IMG/VR virus record: IMGVR_UViG_3300047548_001261
Location: 17,896 to 81,895 of that record
Length of the DNA: 64,000 bases
Direction: 5' to 3' (one strand)
DNA from: a virus
The position numbers were made by a program, and so were the translations under genes. Shown piece after piece: positions 35,229 to 44,868 of the stretch (position 1 is the first letter of the stretch; each line of letters opens with the position of its first letter). The notes under the pieces are model-generated. The model was given only the letters and a program-made list of their open reading frames with translations, was not told where the DNA came from and ran no database searches.

Positions 35229-36086
35229 TTATGGGAGGAGGAAAAGCTTTTTGAAAAAGTCGGTGAATTTGTCGACAATATTTTCCAAGTGACAAAGAGG
35301 TTCTTTGTAAACCGCAGTACCTGTTGTCAACGCGGCAAAGGAGTATGGGAATAATCCCTCAACAATGTCTGCTAACTCACTGGCAAAGTATTGAGCCTCT
35401 TTTTGTGCATGACCATTAGACCGAAGGCTCAGAACCCTTGTCCAAGCAGACAACGAACCCGTCCAAACCCAAGAAACCATCATACCTTGTGAAAGCCCGA
35501 ATCTGGCCAACTCCGGAGCGGTACCTGCTGATATCAGGGCTTTGTACCGGCTTGAGCTAATTTCGTAAGTCTCCTCCAAATACCGGAGCAACGCTTGGTT
35601 CTGGTCGAAAGACTCGTCAGATGACCCTTGTTTAGCGTGGGCCGGTCGACCTCTTAAGCTATCTGGCAGGAAGCAGATAGGGTCGTCGTCAACGTACCGA
35701 CGACTTTCTTCAGACCAACCAGGATACCCGCAATCCCCGCCGCTTAGCCCAACGTGAGACCGCCAAAGCTGTCTGGCAATGCTCAAGGGGGCTTCTACCC
35801 GTATAGACAACTGTGGATGAGTGAAAGGGGCAAAGTGAGTTGGTGTGGTTTTGATTTTCCACAAGAGTTCTTGCACTTCTTCAATGGATTCGGCCCACCA
35901 AACCTCGATTGCTAACTCGTACCACTCTTTCTGGGTAAAGCCCCTGGCCAGAAAATTTAACAAGCTGACGTCAGCTTCTGTAATCGGGCCTTTACTTTCT
36001 TTGCCAAATGACGCTCTGGCTGCGTTTACTACTTGCAGGTCTGACCCCATGTGATCGAGGTAGGTGACTTTTATTTGGTTGTTCAT
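35229..36086 (-). CDS. thyX: FAD-dependent thymidylate synthase
   Basis: MGSDLQVVNAARASF, HFAPF, ARQLWRSH...SEESRRYV, PELAR, HAQKEAQ. Confidence 0.92.
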   Translation of the reverse strand: MNNQIKVTYLDHMGSDLQVVNAARASFGKESKGPITEADVSLLNFLARGFTQKEWYELAIEVWWAESIEEVQELLWKIKTTPTHFAPFTHPQLSIRVEAPLSIARQLWRSHVGLSGGDCGYPGWSEESRRYVDDDPICFLPDSLRGRPAHAKQGSSDESFDQNQALLRYLEETYEISSSRYKALISAGTAPELARFGLSQGMMVSWVWTGSLSAWTRVLSLRSNGHAQKEAQYFASELADIVEGLFPYSFAALTTGTAVYKEPLCHLENIVDKFTDFFKKLFLLP

Positions 36087-36106
36087 TTGATCCCCTAGTG
36101 GACATT

Positions 36107-36126
36107 GGCCTGGGTTTCCCCAGGCC
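36107..36126. terminator. GC-rich hairpin after the 36135 gene
   Basis: GGCCTGGG-tttc-CCCAGGCC. Confidence 0.5.
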
Positions 36127-36134
36127 GGTTGAAC

Positions 36135-36821
36135 TTACTTAACGGATGCCATATCCAGCGCGAACTCGAATGGGCAGAAAGCTTTTCTGCCTGCTCCGCG
36201 CTCAGCGCCGACAGAGACATCGGTGACAACTGTACGGGGGTCGATCCGCTTCATTGCCAGCTTGATTAAGTAACCAGAGAAAGCCCCACGAGAAGATGGG
36301 GAAACCTGGATTTGGCAGACGTCACCTTTGTGTGGTCCGTCCAATACTTCAGCGACAACGATATAATACTCACTGCGATCCCAGGGAATGTCGCGGGCCT
36401 TCCAGTCTTCGATATACTCGGAAATAAGCTTGCCCTCTTCGTCGTGAAGGGCGTCGCGGGAATAAACCAGTTCTGGCTCTTTATCCCGCCCCAGGTCGCC
36501 TTTAAACAGCCATTGAGAGTAGTGGGACAGGTAAACCATTTTAAACTTGTCACCGAAGCCTTTATTGGCCGCCGTAGAGAAGATTTCGTTGTTGAGCGTG
36601 ATCATCGGGAAGCTAGTCCAATCGATCTGGACATCATTGATGCCTAGCTCTTTCAGGAAGGCCGTAGGGTCGCCGGGTTTGACGGTTGCTTGTGCAGACA
36701 TAGCGACTTCGGTTTTGTCTTGTGCAGACATAGCGACTTCGGTTTTGGCTTGCGTCTCTTCCTCTGCCACCAAATCCATAACGCCAGTTTCTACTTGTGA
36801 ACCATTTGTATTTAAAGCCAT
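36135..36821 (-). CDS. Hypothetical replication protein (possible ssDNA-binding protein)
   Basis: 228 aa, GAGG RBS, in replication cluster; carries a 30-bp tandem duplication (KTEVAMSAQ x2, ~36689-36747). Confidence 0.6.
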   Translation of the reverse strand: MALNTNGSQVETGVMDLVAEEETQAKTEVAMSAQDKTEVAMSAQATVKPGDPTAFLKELGINDVQIDWTSFPMITLNNEIFSTAANKGFGDKFKMVYLSHYSQWLFKGDLGRDKEPELVYSRDALHDEEGKLISEYIEDWKARDIPWDRSEYYIVVAEVLDGPHKGDVCQIQVSPSSRGAFSGYLIKLAMKRIDPRTVVTDVSVGAERGAGRKAFCPFEFALDMASVK

Positions 36822-36909
36822 GATATTTACCTCGATTGTGATTGTGATTGTGATTTTTGGAACTTACGTTTCAATCCGCTCCCGGCGGTTGGGACGGGAG
36901 CGGATTGAA

Positions 36910-37188
36910 CTACAGCAAGGCACCCTTAAACGCCTTGCCCGCTGTAATCTTTGGCACCCGTTTGGCCGGGCTGTGGTAGGGCTTCCCGTTTAGCGGGTTG
37001 TTCCCACTTCTTTCTGGTTTTGTTACCGAGTCGAACTTGGCGAAACCTGGGATGAGGACTTCGCCGCCATTTTTAACTTCCTCCTGGATTGCATCGATAA
37101 ACAACCCCAGCGCGTTACCAAGGGCCCTACTTGTCAGTGGCGATTTCTCAGCCACCTTTGCTATCAACTCTGTTCTATTCATTTTCAC
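36910..37188 (-). CDS. HU-like histone-like DNA-binding protein
   Basis: MNRTELIAKVAE...GFAKF...RSGNNPLNG...PAKRVPKITAGKAFK. Confidence 0.9.
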   Translation of the reverse strand: MKMNRTELIAKVAEKSPLTSRALGNALGLFIDAIQEEVKNGGEVLIPGFAKFDSVTKPERSGNNPLNGKPYHSPAKRVPKITAGKAFKGALL

Positions 37189-37369
37189 CTACCTTAGTTA
37201 CGGCGGACCACCCGCCTTGTTTATACCGTTGCACTTGTGTAACGACCATTGCTGCAAAGATTTCGCTGATCGAGCGTTGTTCTGCCCCAGCGATCTCTTT
37301 AACTTCTTCATATACAAGCGGGTCACATCGAAACCCCGCCTGAATCTTGCTTACTTTATCCTCGGCCAT
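37175..37369 (-). CDS. Putative ribbon-helix-helix (Arc/CopG-like) regulator
   Basis: Strand AGFRCD, helix PLVYEEVKEIAGAE, then RSISEIF. Confidence 0.65.
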   Translation of the reverse strand: MAEDKVSKIQAGFRCDPLVYEEVKEIAGAEQRSISEIFAAMVVTQVQRYKQGGWSAVTKVGENE

Positions 37370-37397
37370 GACGCCCTCTTAATTGTTAATTTATTAT

Positions 37398-37432
37398 GAT
37401 GTATTATACATCGCTTTATGGTGCTGGGTCAA
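37398..37432 (-). promoter_or_regulatory. Sigma70 promoter with overlapping palindromic operator
   Basis: TTGACC-18 bp-TATAAT; GATGTATTATACATC (37398-37412) covers the -10 box. Confidence 0.7.
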
Positions 37433-37662
37433 CTCGTTGGCACAAACTCCTTAGTAGTTAAAGTTTTCAAATACGCCACATCTTTTCGAGGCAAAGTTGA
37501 CGAGGAAAGATCAAGCATTTCCTGCGGGGACAGGCACTGCCCACTGTAGTAAGGGATTTTGGTTTCCAGTTTGGCGCACCAACATTTACGGTCAACGGTG
37601 CATCGTACCGTAGGCTTCAGTTTGTTTAAAAGGATTTGCCGGTCTTCCATCAAACCTCCCAA
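37429..37662 (-). CDS. Cys-rich small protein (CWC motif)
   Basis: RCTVDRKCWCAKL...CLSP. Confidence 0.6.
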   Translation of the reverse strand: MGGLMEDRQILLNKLKPTVRCTVDRKCWCAKLETKIPYYSGQCLSPQEMLDLSSSTLPRKDVAYLKTLTTKEFVPTS

Positions 37663-37883
37663 GGCAAACCTTTATTTGCCCGGACAGCTTGCACAGTATC
37701 TTGCAAAATGGTTTCAATACTCAAAGGCCATTTACCTGCCATTTTCTGCGCAGCCTTTATCACGTCGTCAGGCTTCAAGTCGTCTCTGGCTTCGCAAACC
37801 TGCACAGCCAGTTCTTGAAATCTCTTTGCCAAATCATTAACCCTATGGTCAATCGTCTTGCGTTGAAACAATTTCAGGTACAT
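37650..37883 (-). CDS. Hypothetical protein
   Basis: 77 aa, in operon. Confidence 0.55.
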   Translation of the reverse strand: MYLKLFQRKTIDHRVNDLAKRFQELAVQVCEARDDLKPDDVIKAAQKMAGKWPLSIETILQDTVQAVRANKGLPWEV

Positions 37884-39291
37884 TGGAAAATATCTCCGTA
37901 GTTAAGTTATCCACAAAGGACGAGTTGTCCTTCATTATTTGTTTCAATTCTTTTGCTCTTGCCATAGCTTTCCCAAATAGGCGGGTACTTGATGTAAACG
38001 CAAAGCGGAATACCCATGCCACTACAGGGTGCTTCTGCCCTTGCCTTTGTACACGCCCTAAAGCTTGCTCAAAATCCCCTGGTGAGCCTGTGGGCTCGTA
38101 GAAAATCATGTGGTGACAATTTTCCTGTAGATTAAAGCCCGCCCCGCCCGACCTGTAGTTCATGATCGCCATTGTGCAAGTATCGTCGTTCAAGAACTTG
38201 TCTACGTTAGCCGGCACGTTGCTGCCTCCGTAAACTAAGGCAGGATTTCTGCCTTTGAATATTTGTGCAAGACTCTCTACGGTCTTCCGGTAATGGCAGA
38301 AAATAACCACCTTACCTTCAATAGACCCGACGATCTGCTTCAGGTTATCTAAGGGTTCATTATCGATTTTTTCAAGAGTAAATGCCCCGATGTTGGTCAC
38401 CAATTGCAGAGCCATCTGTCGCAAGGATTGCTGATTCCTTGCGACAATCAATTCCTCCCCGTATTCCAACATCCTTTCTAACAAAAGTTGCTGATACAGG
38501 TTCTGGTGGGCGTCATCCAGCAAGACATGGTGATCGATTATCGTGGGCGCTTCCAAGGATAATACATCTTCTTGCCGTCGGCGTACCGCTCTGTAATTCA
38601 GATTCTCACTTAGCAAATCAAGTTGTTTATACCCGGCAATCTGATCCTTCATGAACGGAATGTAGTCAACATGAATCCGGTCGAATTGCGCAAGGTCAAC
38701 GTAGGCTTCTCGCTTTTTCAATCGGATGTGCCCATAAGCCGACCTCAGCTCTGTGGGGCAAGGCGTGGCTGTCATAGATAGTAAGTCCATGTCCTGCATG
38801 TAGACCGCCCTATACATCTCTTGGAAAGCTTGGGAGCTAGCATTTGCCATCATGTGGGACTCGTCGGCGACGATCGATTTGTAGCGCCCGTGTTTCCTTA
38901 TTTCCGCGCCGTGCTTCACAAATAGTTGGTAGGACATCATTAACACGTCTGCCCAAACTCCCCCTAACATCAACGCCTTACGCTTGGCAGGGTCTTTATC
39001 AAGTCTTGCACAAGTAAACTCGTGCCCAACAATTTGCTGCTCAAAATTCATCATATACTGAGTCAGCAAAGGAGGGGGCATGACGACTATAACCTTCTTG
39101 CCGGAGTAGAGTTTATCCATGATCCAAAGATAAGAGATTAGGGATTTACCTGTTCCAACATCCGAGAAATTATTCGACCGGCGCCAGTCCAGGTGCTTCT
39201 GTAAATCCTCCCGTTGATAGGGTTTGGGTGTTAGGGTAACTTCCACCTCGTCGGGAATTTTAGGGTTAGATAGGATTTGATTAAGTCTCAT
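37849..39291 (-). CDS. SF2 (SNF2-like) helicase
   Basis: DVGTGKS, DESH, TATP, GGAGFNLQ, QALGRVQRQGQ. Confidence 0.9.
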   Translation of the reverse strand: MRLNQILSNPKIPDEVEVTLTPKPYQREDLQKHLDWRRSNNFSDVGTGKSLISYLWIMDKLYSGKKVIVVMPPPLLTQYMMNFEQQIVGHEFTCARLDKDPAKRKALMLGGVWADVLMMSYQLFVKHGAEIRKHGRYKSIVADESHMMANASSQAFQEMYRAVYMQDMDLLSMTATPCPTELRSAYGHIRLKKREAYVDLAQFDRIHVDYIPFMKDQIAGYKQLDLLSENLNYRAVRRRQEDVLSLEAPTIIDHHVLLDDAHQNLYQQLLLERMLEYGEELIVARNQQSLRQMALQLVTNIGAFTLEKIDNEPLDNLKQIVGSIEGKVVIFCHYRKTVESLAQIFKGRNPALVYGGSNVPANVDKFLNDDTCTMAIMNYRSGGAGFNLQENCHHMIFYEPTGSPGDFEQALGRVQRQGQKHPVVAWVFRFAFTSSTRLFGKAMARAKELKQIMKDNSSFVDNLTTEIFSNVPEIVSTQDD

Positions 39292-40487
39292 ACATTCATA
39301 AATGCTTTAATAAATTGCGCGGCCACTTGTGGGACTATGGCGTTGCCGTAACCCTTCAATCTCATAACCCGCGCTTCTTGCGTGTTTTCACAGTCAATTT
39401 CAAGTGCTTCTGTGTTTCTATCGTTGCTTGGCACCACTCGACGGGGAACCCCATCAACCAGCGGCTTAACGCCGGGTTTAATTGGCCTCCATTTGTCATC
39501 CCTGCAATAGAGCCATTCTGGATTAGTCCATTCTGTATTAATCCATTCGGATACAAGTGCGGGTGTACCTGCTCCCTTAAGTTCGCTGGAGATGTTCGCC
39601 CTGGCCTCTCTGCTGTAAATTGCCGACGCATCGCTTCCTGACCCCTCGCTGGGAGGTCGTCCATTGTGTTCGGTGTTGCCCATCCTGCTAATGTCGCCTG
39701 TTGGCTCAATGGAATCCCGGTATCCTGTGACCTCGGTAAACTCCCGCCCCTGCTGTGATCCTGCGCCATTGGGGTACACCGCCCCACTACATGAGCCACC
39801 CCCTCTAAATTGATCCCGTGATTCCCTGCCATTACTTGTGGCGAGTTGTGATTCGCCCCTCCCGTACCCGTTTTCGGTGTTGGATACCCTGCCAACTGTG
39901 CCGCTACATCCAACGTATCCCTTGACAGCTTCCCGTTCCGTATCCTGCCACCCTGATAGCCGCCCCTGTGATCCCTTGTTGTTGCTGTCGGCCACCCAGT
40001 AAAGCCTTTGTCTGATATGGGGTGCGCCCGCGCCTGCTGCTGTAAGTACAATCGACCCGACGGCGTAGTTTTCCCGCTCCATTTCAAAGCATAAATCATC
40101 GAGCCAGCCGTGTTTGATGGCGGCAGGAACTTGTTCTCCAAAAATTGTTCTGAAATTGCATTGCTTAACAAGTTCGATAAAGTGCGGCAAGAGGTGTCGT
40201 TCATCGTCTTTTCCTTTCCCTGCTCCGGCAACACTAAAAGGTTGGCAGGGGAGGCTTGCGGTGCAGACTGGCTTATCGTCTGCCCAGCCCGCAAGTCTAA
40301 GGGCATAAGACCATCCGCCAATGCCGGCAAAGAAGTGGTGCTGGGTGTACCTTCTGATGTCACTTGCCTCAACTTCTGTAATACTTCGCTCATCTACATC
40401 CCCGTCGGCAATCAAGCCGTTTTTAATTAATTGCCTAAGCCACGCTGCGGCTTTAGGGTCGTATTCATTGTAATAAGCGCTCATCAA
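39288..40487 (-). CDS. DNA (cytosine-5)-methyltransferase, large (alpha) polypeptide
   Basis: FFAGIGG (I), PCQPFS (IV), EQV (VI), HIRQRLYW (VIII), RLKGYGNAIV (X); motif IX absent from this frame. Confidence 0.9.
   Translation of the reverse strand: MMSAYYNEYDPKAAAWLRQLIKNGLIADGDVDERSITEVEASDIRRYTQHHFFAGIGGWSYALRLAGWADDKPVCTASLPCQPFSVAGAGKGKDDERHLLPHFIELVKQCNFRTIFGEQVPAAIKHGWLDDLCFEMERENYAVGSIVLTAAGAGAPHIRQRLYWVADSNNKGSQGRLSGWQDTEREAVKGYVGCSGTVGRVSNTENGYGRGESQLATSNGRESRDQFRGGGSCSGAVYPNGAGSQQGREFTEVTGYRDSIEPTGDISRMGNTEHNGRPPSEGSGSDASAIYSREARANISSELKGAGTPALVSEWINTEWTNPEWLYCRDDKWRPIKPGVKPLVDGVPRRVVPSNDRNTEALEIDCENTQEARVMRLKGYGNAIVPQVAAQFIKAFMNV
39362..40099 (-). CDS. Overlapping-frame C5-methyltransferase beta polypeptide (TRD-like repeats plus motif IX)
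   Basis: Alternative frame open 40393-39362; repeated GWPT/GYPTP/GRCTP/GWATP modules and GQLNPALSRWLMGFPVEW; start at 40099 is a guess. Confidence 0.75.
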   Translation of the reverse strand: MIYALKWSGKTTPSGRLYLQQQARAHPISDKGFTGWPTATTRDHRGGYQGGRIRNGKLSRDTLDVAAQLAGYPTPKTGTGGANHNSPQVMAGNHGINLEGVAHVVGRCTPMAQDHSRGGSLPRSQDTGIPLSQQATLAGWATPNTMDDLPARGQEAMRRQFTAERPGRTSPANLREQVHPHLYPNGLIQNGLIQNGSIAGMTNGGQLNPALSRWLMGFPVEWCQATIETQKHLKLTVKTRKKRGL

Positions 40488-40807
40488 TGCAAAACCCCTT
40501 TCTCCGGCCCTTCCATAACTGCCAACCTCGTCTGCACATACTTTAAAAATGCCTTCAATATAGGCTCACTCGGCTGGTCGTCAGCTTGTAAGGTTACCGC
40601 AGAACATTTCGGGCACGGGCAAGTTGGTACTAATCTGAACAATTGTGGCTTACCTTCTTCTAGCATACTGAAGGAAAACGCCGGCTGACCGCCAGCTAAA
40701 CTATCGGCGATCTGTAACAGAAGGGTGATGTCGGCGACGTCTACCGGCTCTTGAAGCACGCTGGAGAAATGACCTGCTAAAAATTGTTTTTCTATTTTTG
40801 GGTTCAT
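40484..40807 (-). CDS. Hypothetical protein
   Basis: 107 aa, ATGA-coupled. Confidence 0.6.
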   Translation of the reverse strand: MNPKIEKQFLAGHFSSVLQEPVDVADITLLLQIADSLAGGQPAFSFSMLEEGKPQLFRLVPTCPCPKCSAVTLQADDQPSEPILKAFLKYVQTRLAVMEGPEKGVLH

Positions 40808-41037
40808 AGTGTGGCCTTTAGGTATTTTTCAAGTTCTTCCAGAGCTTGCTCCGGGGATTCGAACCCGTTTTTATGTTTGGTAAACGTGGCAACATGGAAG
40901 TTAAAAATTCCCTTCTCCCCGGGCACGGCTATGTACCACACCCAACACTCTTTGTTATTCATCGCACGCTCGATGTAAAAATAAGCGCCAGGTTTTATGT
41001 CTTGATCAACTCTGTATTTTATAGGTATTAATTTCAT
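40804..41037 (-). CDS. Hypothetical protein
   Basis: 77 aa, ATGA-coupled. Confidence 0.6.
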   Translation of the reverse strand: MKLIPIKYRVDQDIKPGAYFYIERAMNNKECWVWYIAVPGEKGIFNFHVATFTKHKNGFESPEQALEELEKYLKATL

Positions 41038-43868
41038 AAAAACGCCTGCACAGGAATACTCTTCTCCTGCAAAATGTTGATATCTAGTGCCAGTATAGTC
41101 CGCCCAGCTGTTGGGAGCAGCCTTGACAAAGCCGTGTCGGATATGAAGTAACTCATCCCCTTAACTGCGTTTAGGAATGCCTGCTCTGTCTTTATCTTCA
41201 ACGGATCGGAGCTTCCGGATTTATATCTGCTTAACATGGGCCACGTCATCATTGTGTCGATGTACAACACACCATCCTCGGCCACGAAGTGAATACCCTT
41301 ATCAATCCCCCACTGGACGTTGTCCTTGCCAGAGTAAAGCGCCATGACCGCAAAATCTCTAACGACCTTATCGACTTCTGTGACGCTAGAGGATTTAGCA
41401 ATCTGTGCCGAGGAGCTCTCCATATAGTCATAAAACTTCTCGCGCATCTGGCACAAAGCGTTGTAATTCTCTGCGGAGAACCCGGACTCCTGCGAGCCTA
41501 AAACACTGATCGCCCAATCGTAAGCAACAAGAATGCACTTGTATCCAAACCTAAGCCGCTCATTAATGTCCCGTACATCCATAGATACCGGCATCTTCGC
41601 CCGCTGAAGCATTTCCCCGATAGCCTTGACGGGTGTTTGAAGAGCGCCGTGAACTAGCTTTGGTGCGAACTCCGCGAGTGCATCGGCTTTGGGTTCCAGT
41701 TCTGTGAAAACGTCAAACCCGTAATCGTGCCCGGCTGCTGTCATGTTTACCATGATTGCCCTGTGGTGAATCGCTGGAACATCAACCATTTCTTCAGAGA
41801 GTGTACAAATGGGGGCAGAAATTCTCCAGGATACAGTTGAGACATTTGCCCCGTTACGGTCGCCGCCACCCAACCGACCCTTAGATATAACTTGGGAATC
41901 AAATGCACCTTTCAAGATTTCTATAATATCCGTATAGTGCTTTTGGGTTGTACACGACTTCGGATTAAGCTCGTTTATAATTCGGGGGATCGTCGTAGAC
42001 TCAGAGACCCCTTGTTGAAATGGCAGCTTTGTAGAGTTAGGTGCCTCCAGTGTCGATAATGCCGCCTCCCCCTCTAACCCGGATAGGCGCATTAAAACCC
42101 CTGTCAAAGCATTTTTGCCCGTGCCGGCAACCCCAGATATACAAAGCAAGGGAAACCGCTTGGATACTTGGTAGATATGGGTCTTCAAATGCGCAGCTAA
42201 AAACCAGCCTAGCACAGGTGATATTGCCTCAACAGTGTTGCACTTGAGTAACAAGCTAAACGCATGGTTAGCCTCCGCCGAGATTGGGTTATACCAGTCT
42301 TTTTGGCTAAGCCTTGGCGCAACTACAGATTCATTGCCCTTGAATAAAAGGGTGTCGTAAACGCCAACATTGTTGACGCTAAATCCTGGCTCGATATAGG
42401 TGAGCCTGCCTGAGTGCCCTGGAGACATGACGTCTTCAGGTCCAGTTCTTTTCCTGTAGTGTATTCCTACTGATGATGCCGCTATCACGATGTTTATCTC
42501 CGATGATGCTTGTAGTTCCCCTAAAGAAATTGTGTGCCTAATCCTGGTGACATCGTCATCGGTGCCCACAAAGGCTGCCCCGTCAATTCCAGATATTTCC
42601 TTCTTGAATTGACTCTTAGACGTCCAGGCACTTTCATCAAAATCTTTTATGGTGTGTGTGCTTGCTCTGCTTGGTATCGCCAAGCTGACGGTCGATGCCA
42701 AGCATTTCCCGTCTAATTCGTCCATGATTATAGACTCTCTCTCCATGGTAAAAGTGGACACGACATGGGTGTGATCCTGGTCTGTATACCATTGCCCGCT
42801 ATGCTCAAAAAGCAACAGAGTTTCTAAGGACTGGGTCGTAGCTACCATAGCTTTTACTGGGCATCCCTCACACGGCTTAACCGAAATTGTGTTAAGAATT
42901 GACCCACAGATAAACTTATTTTTATCTAAGTTTCCTGCCGCATACCCGTGGAAGGCAAGTAATAGCGTCTTTCTTTTTTGGCTCGATACGCCCTTCCTGG
43001 AAGGGCAGGCATCTACAATGCGGGCATGTACCGACTCCAATTGGTCTTTAGGGACGTCAGCCCTGGCCGACCAACAGCCGACATTGTACGCAATCTGATT
43101 AAAAGACGCTGCCGAACCTCTCTTACCCTCCATTAGCGCAGTCACACATGCCGGCACAATCCCGCCAAAGATGCCTGTGTCAGTGACTGCTTTGGCTGTC
43201 TTGAATTTACTTTCAAGCTTGGCATGTTCCTTGTACTCTTTCTTGACTTGGTCAAAAAGGTTCGCAAGGACTTGGCTTTTGGTGTTAGGTCCAGAGAAAG
43301 TTTCCTGTCCCCTAGGGGATTTAACCATTTCCCGGTAACCGTCAACAGTCAATGCCTGGAGCTCCTCGAAGGTAACGATAACTTTGTACTTTTTGTCCGG
43401 ACGTAAGCTATCAGGTGGCCTGACCATCCGCCCCCTGCCGTTCGAGTAAACCTGCTGGTCGAGACCCGTAACATACAGCTTCAAAGCCAGCATACGGTAC
43501 AGGTCGGGCAGGTTCTTTTCAGGCTTCCCTGTTGAGAAAATATTCATGTTGATGAAAACGTGAATACCTTTTGCCCCGGATAAATGGATTTCTAAATCGT
43601 CTTCCTCAACACCAATACTTGTCAATTTCTTACAGAGCTGCACGCCGGACTCCAGTGCTACTGATAAGTCCGTGTGGTCGATATCGAAGAACAGTGGACC
43701 TTGATACGTCATCGACTCGGGCCCAGCAATCTCTGGATCGGAGTTCAGAGCCAGGATTGTTATCCTTGAAGCTTCGTGCTGTCTTGCAAAATTCCATAGG
43801 TTGTGAGGGTCTTTATCGGTAGATGTTACCCATTCCCCGAAATCGCCTCTTTGATAGCAGCGAAACAT
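41034..43868 (-). CDS. Primase-polymerase (AEP-type) fused to a P-loop helicase-like domain
   Basis: FFDID, SGAKGIH, VYSNGRGRMVR; Cys cluster; Walker A GVAGTGKN. Confidence 0.85.
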   Translation of the reverse strand: MFRCYQRGDFGEWVTSTDKDPHNLWNFARQHEASRITILALNSDPEIAGPESMTYQGPLFFDIDHTDLSVALESGVQLCKKLTSIGVEEDDLEIHLSGAKGIHVFINMNIFSTGKPEKNLPDLYRMLALKLYVTGLDQQVYSNGRGRMVRPPDSLRPDKKYKVIVTFEELQALTVDGYREMVKSPRGQETFSGPNTKSQVLANLFDQVKKEYKEHAKLESKFKTAKAVTDTGIFGGIVPACVTALMEGKRGSAASFNQIAYNVGCWSARADVPKDQLESVHARIVDACPSRKGVSSQKRKTLLLAFHGYAAGNLDKNKFICGSILNTISVKPCEGCPVKAMVATTQSLETLLLFEHSGQWYTDQDHTHVVSTFTMERESIIMDELDGKCLASTVSLAIPSRASTHTIKDFDESAWTSKSQFKKEISGIDGAAFVGTDDDVTRIRHTISLGELQASSEINIVIAASSVGIHYRKRTGPEDVMSPGHSGRLTYIEPGFSVNNVGVYDTLLFKGNESVVAPRLSQKDWYNPISAEANHAFSLLLKCNTVEAISPVLGWFLAAHLKTHIYQVSKRFPLLCISGVAGTGKNALTGVLMRLSGLEGEAALSTLEAPNSTKLPFQQGVSESTTIPRIINELNPKSCTTQKHYTDIIEILKGAFDSQVISKGRLGGGDRNGANVSTVSWRISAPICTLSEEMVDVPAIHHRAIMVNMTAAGHDYGFDVFTELEPKADALAEFAPKLVHGALQTPVKAIGEMLQRAKMPVSMDVRDINERLRFGYKCILVAYDWAISVLGSQESGFSAENYNALCQMREKFYDYMESSSAQIAKSSSVTEVDKVVRDFAVMALYSGKDNVQWGIDKGIHFVAEDGVLYIDTMMTWPMLSRYKSGSSDPLKIKTEQAFLNAVKGMSYFISDTALSRLLPTAGRTILALDINILQEKSIPVQAFL

Positions 43869-43883
43869 ACTGATTTCCTTATA

Positions 43884-44081
43884 TTATATTTTAATTGCAG
43901 TTGCTAGCTTTACCGTAGCCTTGCCCTGTCTCGCTATTCGGATGGCGGCCTCTAAGTCTGAAATAACTTCAGGGTCAGTGGCAGACTTCAGCGCCTTTTT
44001 AGCCTCGGTAACCGTTAGGCTGGCGCGCAATTTGCCGTTAAGTCTTGCTCCGCCCAGAGGGAAGGCTATAATTTCTGGCAT
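43884..44081 (-). CDS. Hypothetical protein
   Basis: 65 aa, in operon. Confidence 0.5.
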   Translation of the reverse strand: MPEIIAFPLGGARLNGKLRASLTVTEAKKALKSATDPEVISDLEAAIRIARQGKATVKLATAIKI

Positions 44082-44109
44082 GTTTGTGGCCTGTGAGTGT
44101 ACAAGTCCT

Positions 44110-44448
44110 TCATAAACCCGCCTTTAATTCCTCGATAGCCGCCTTGGCCGCTTCCGTCCGCCCCAAAATCACCTCTGCAATCGCCAATGCTTTAGTGTCA
44201 GAAAGTTTATTGGCTTCGACAAAATCTTCAATATCAATCGGCGGGTACTGAATCTCCAATAAATCCAACTCATGAAGGCACTTCTCCAAATCCTCCAATC
44301 CTTTGCCTGTCGGTTTATCGAACCGGCAAAGACGTTTAACTATGCACCCTTGCAAGAAACCTAACGCCCCGCCCTCGATAAACTCAACAGGTTGAATAGC
44401 AAACCCCTTGTAATGGCTGCCGCCAATTTGTACATTCAAAGCACTCAT
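44110..44448 (-). CDS. DUF3310-like (T7 gp1.7-like nucleotide kinase family) protein
   Basis: QIGGSHYK...IQPVEFI...GCIVKRLCR...KGLEDLEKCLH. Confidence 0.75.
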   Translation of the reverse strand: MSALNVQIGGSHYKGFAIQPVEFIEGGALGFLQGCIVKRLCRFDKPTGKGLEDLEKCLHELDLLEIQYPPIDIEDFVEANKLSDTKALAIAEVILGRTEAAKAAIEELKAGL

Positions 44449-44627
44449 AAAACCACCCTCAGATTATTATCTTTCAACACATTACCGGAAATAATTCCGG
44501 ACTTAATTTTTTCTTCTAACTCAGATTGTTTAACCACAACCCCCAATCCATAAGGGTGAACCTCATAAATCAGCGTCGCTGCGTCTAAGATGTAGCCCTC
44601 CGCTATAAATAAGCTTGCGTCGTTCAT
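44445..44627 (-). CDS. Hypothetical protein
   Basis: 60 aa, ATGA-coupled. Confidence 0.5.
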   Translation of the reverse strand: MNDASLFIAEGYILDAATLIYEVHPYGLGVVVKQSELEEKIKSGIISGNVLKDNNLRVVL

Positions 44628-44868
44628 ATTCTTCTCTCACTTGTTTTGATGGGACCCACAGGGTGTGCCCACGCCGGTATTTCCGGGCATATGTCGGATT
44701 ATGGGCAATAGCAAACCCTACCCCTGGAGGGGTGTCCACCTCGTTAATAAACACTTTGAAAACAAGCCAATCAATATTGGCGTTTTTCATAAAATCTTTG
44801 GAATTTATAAGAATTTCCCAAGCAATTTTGGCGCTCAGGACGACGTCGTTAGGGCTGTTCTCCACCAT
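44563..44868 (-). CDS. Hypothetical protein
   Basis: 101 aa, in operon. Confidence 0.5.
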   Translation of the reverse strand: MVENSPNDVVLSAKIAWEILINSKDFMKNANIDWLVFKVFINEVDTPPGVGFAIAHNPTYARKYRRGHTLWVPSKQVREEYERRKLIYSGGLHLRRSDADL

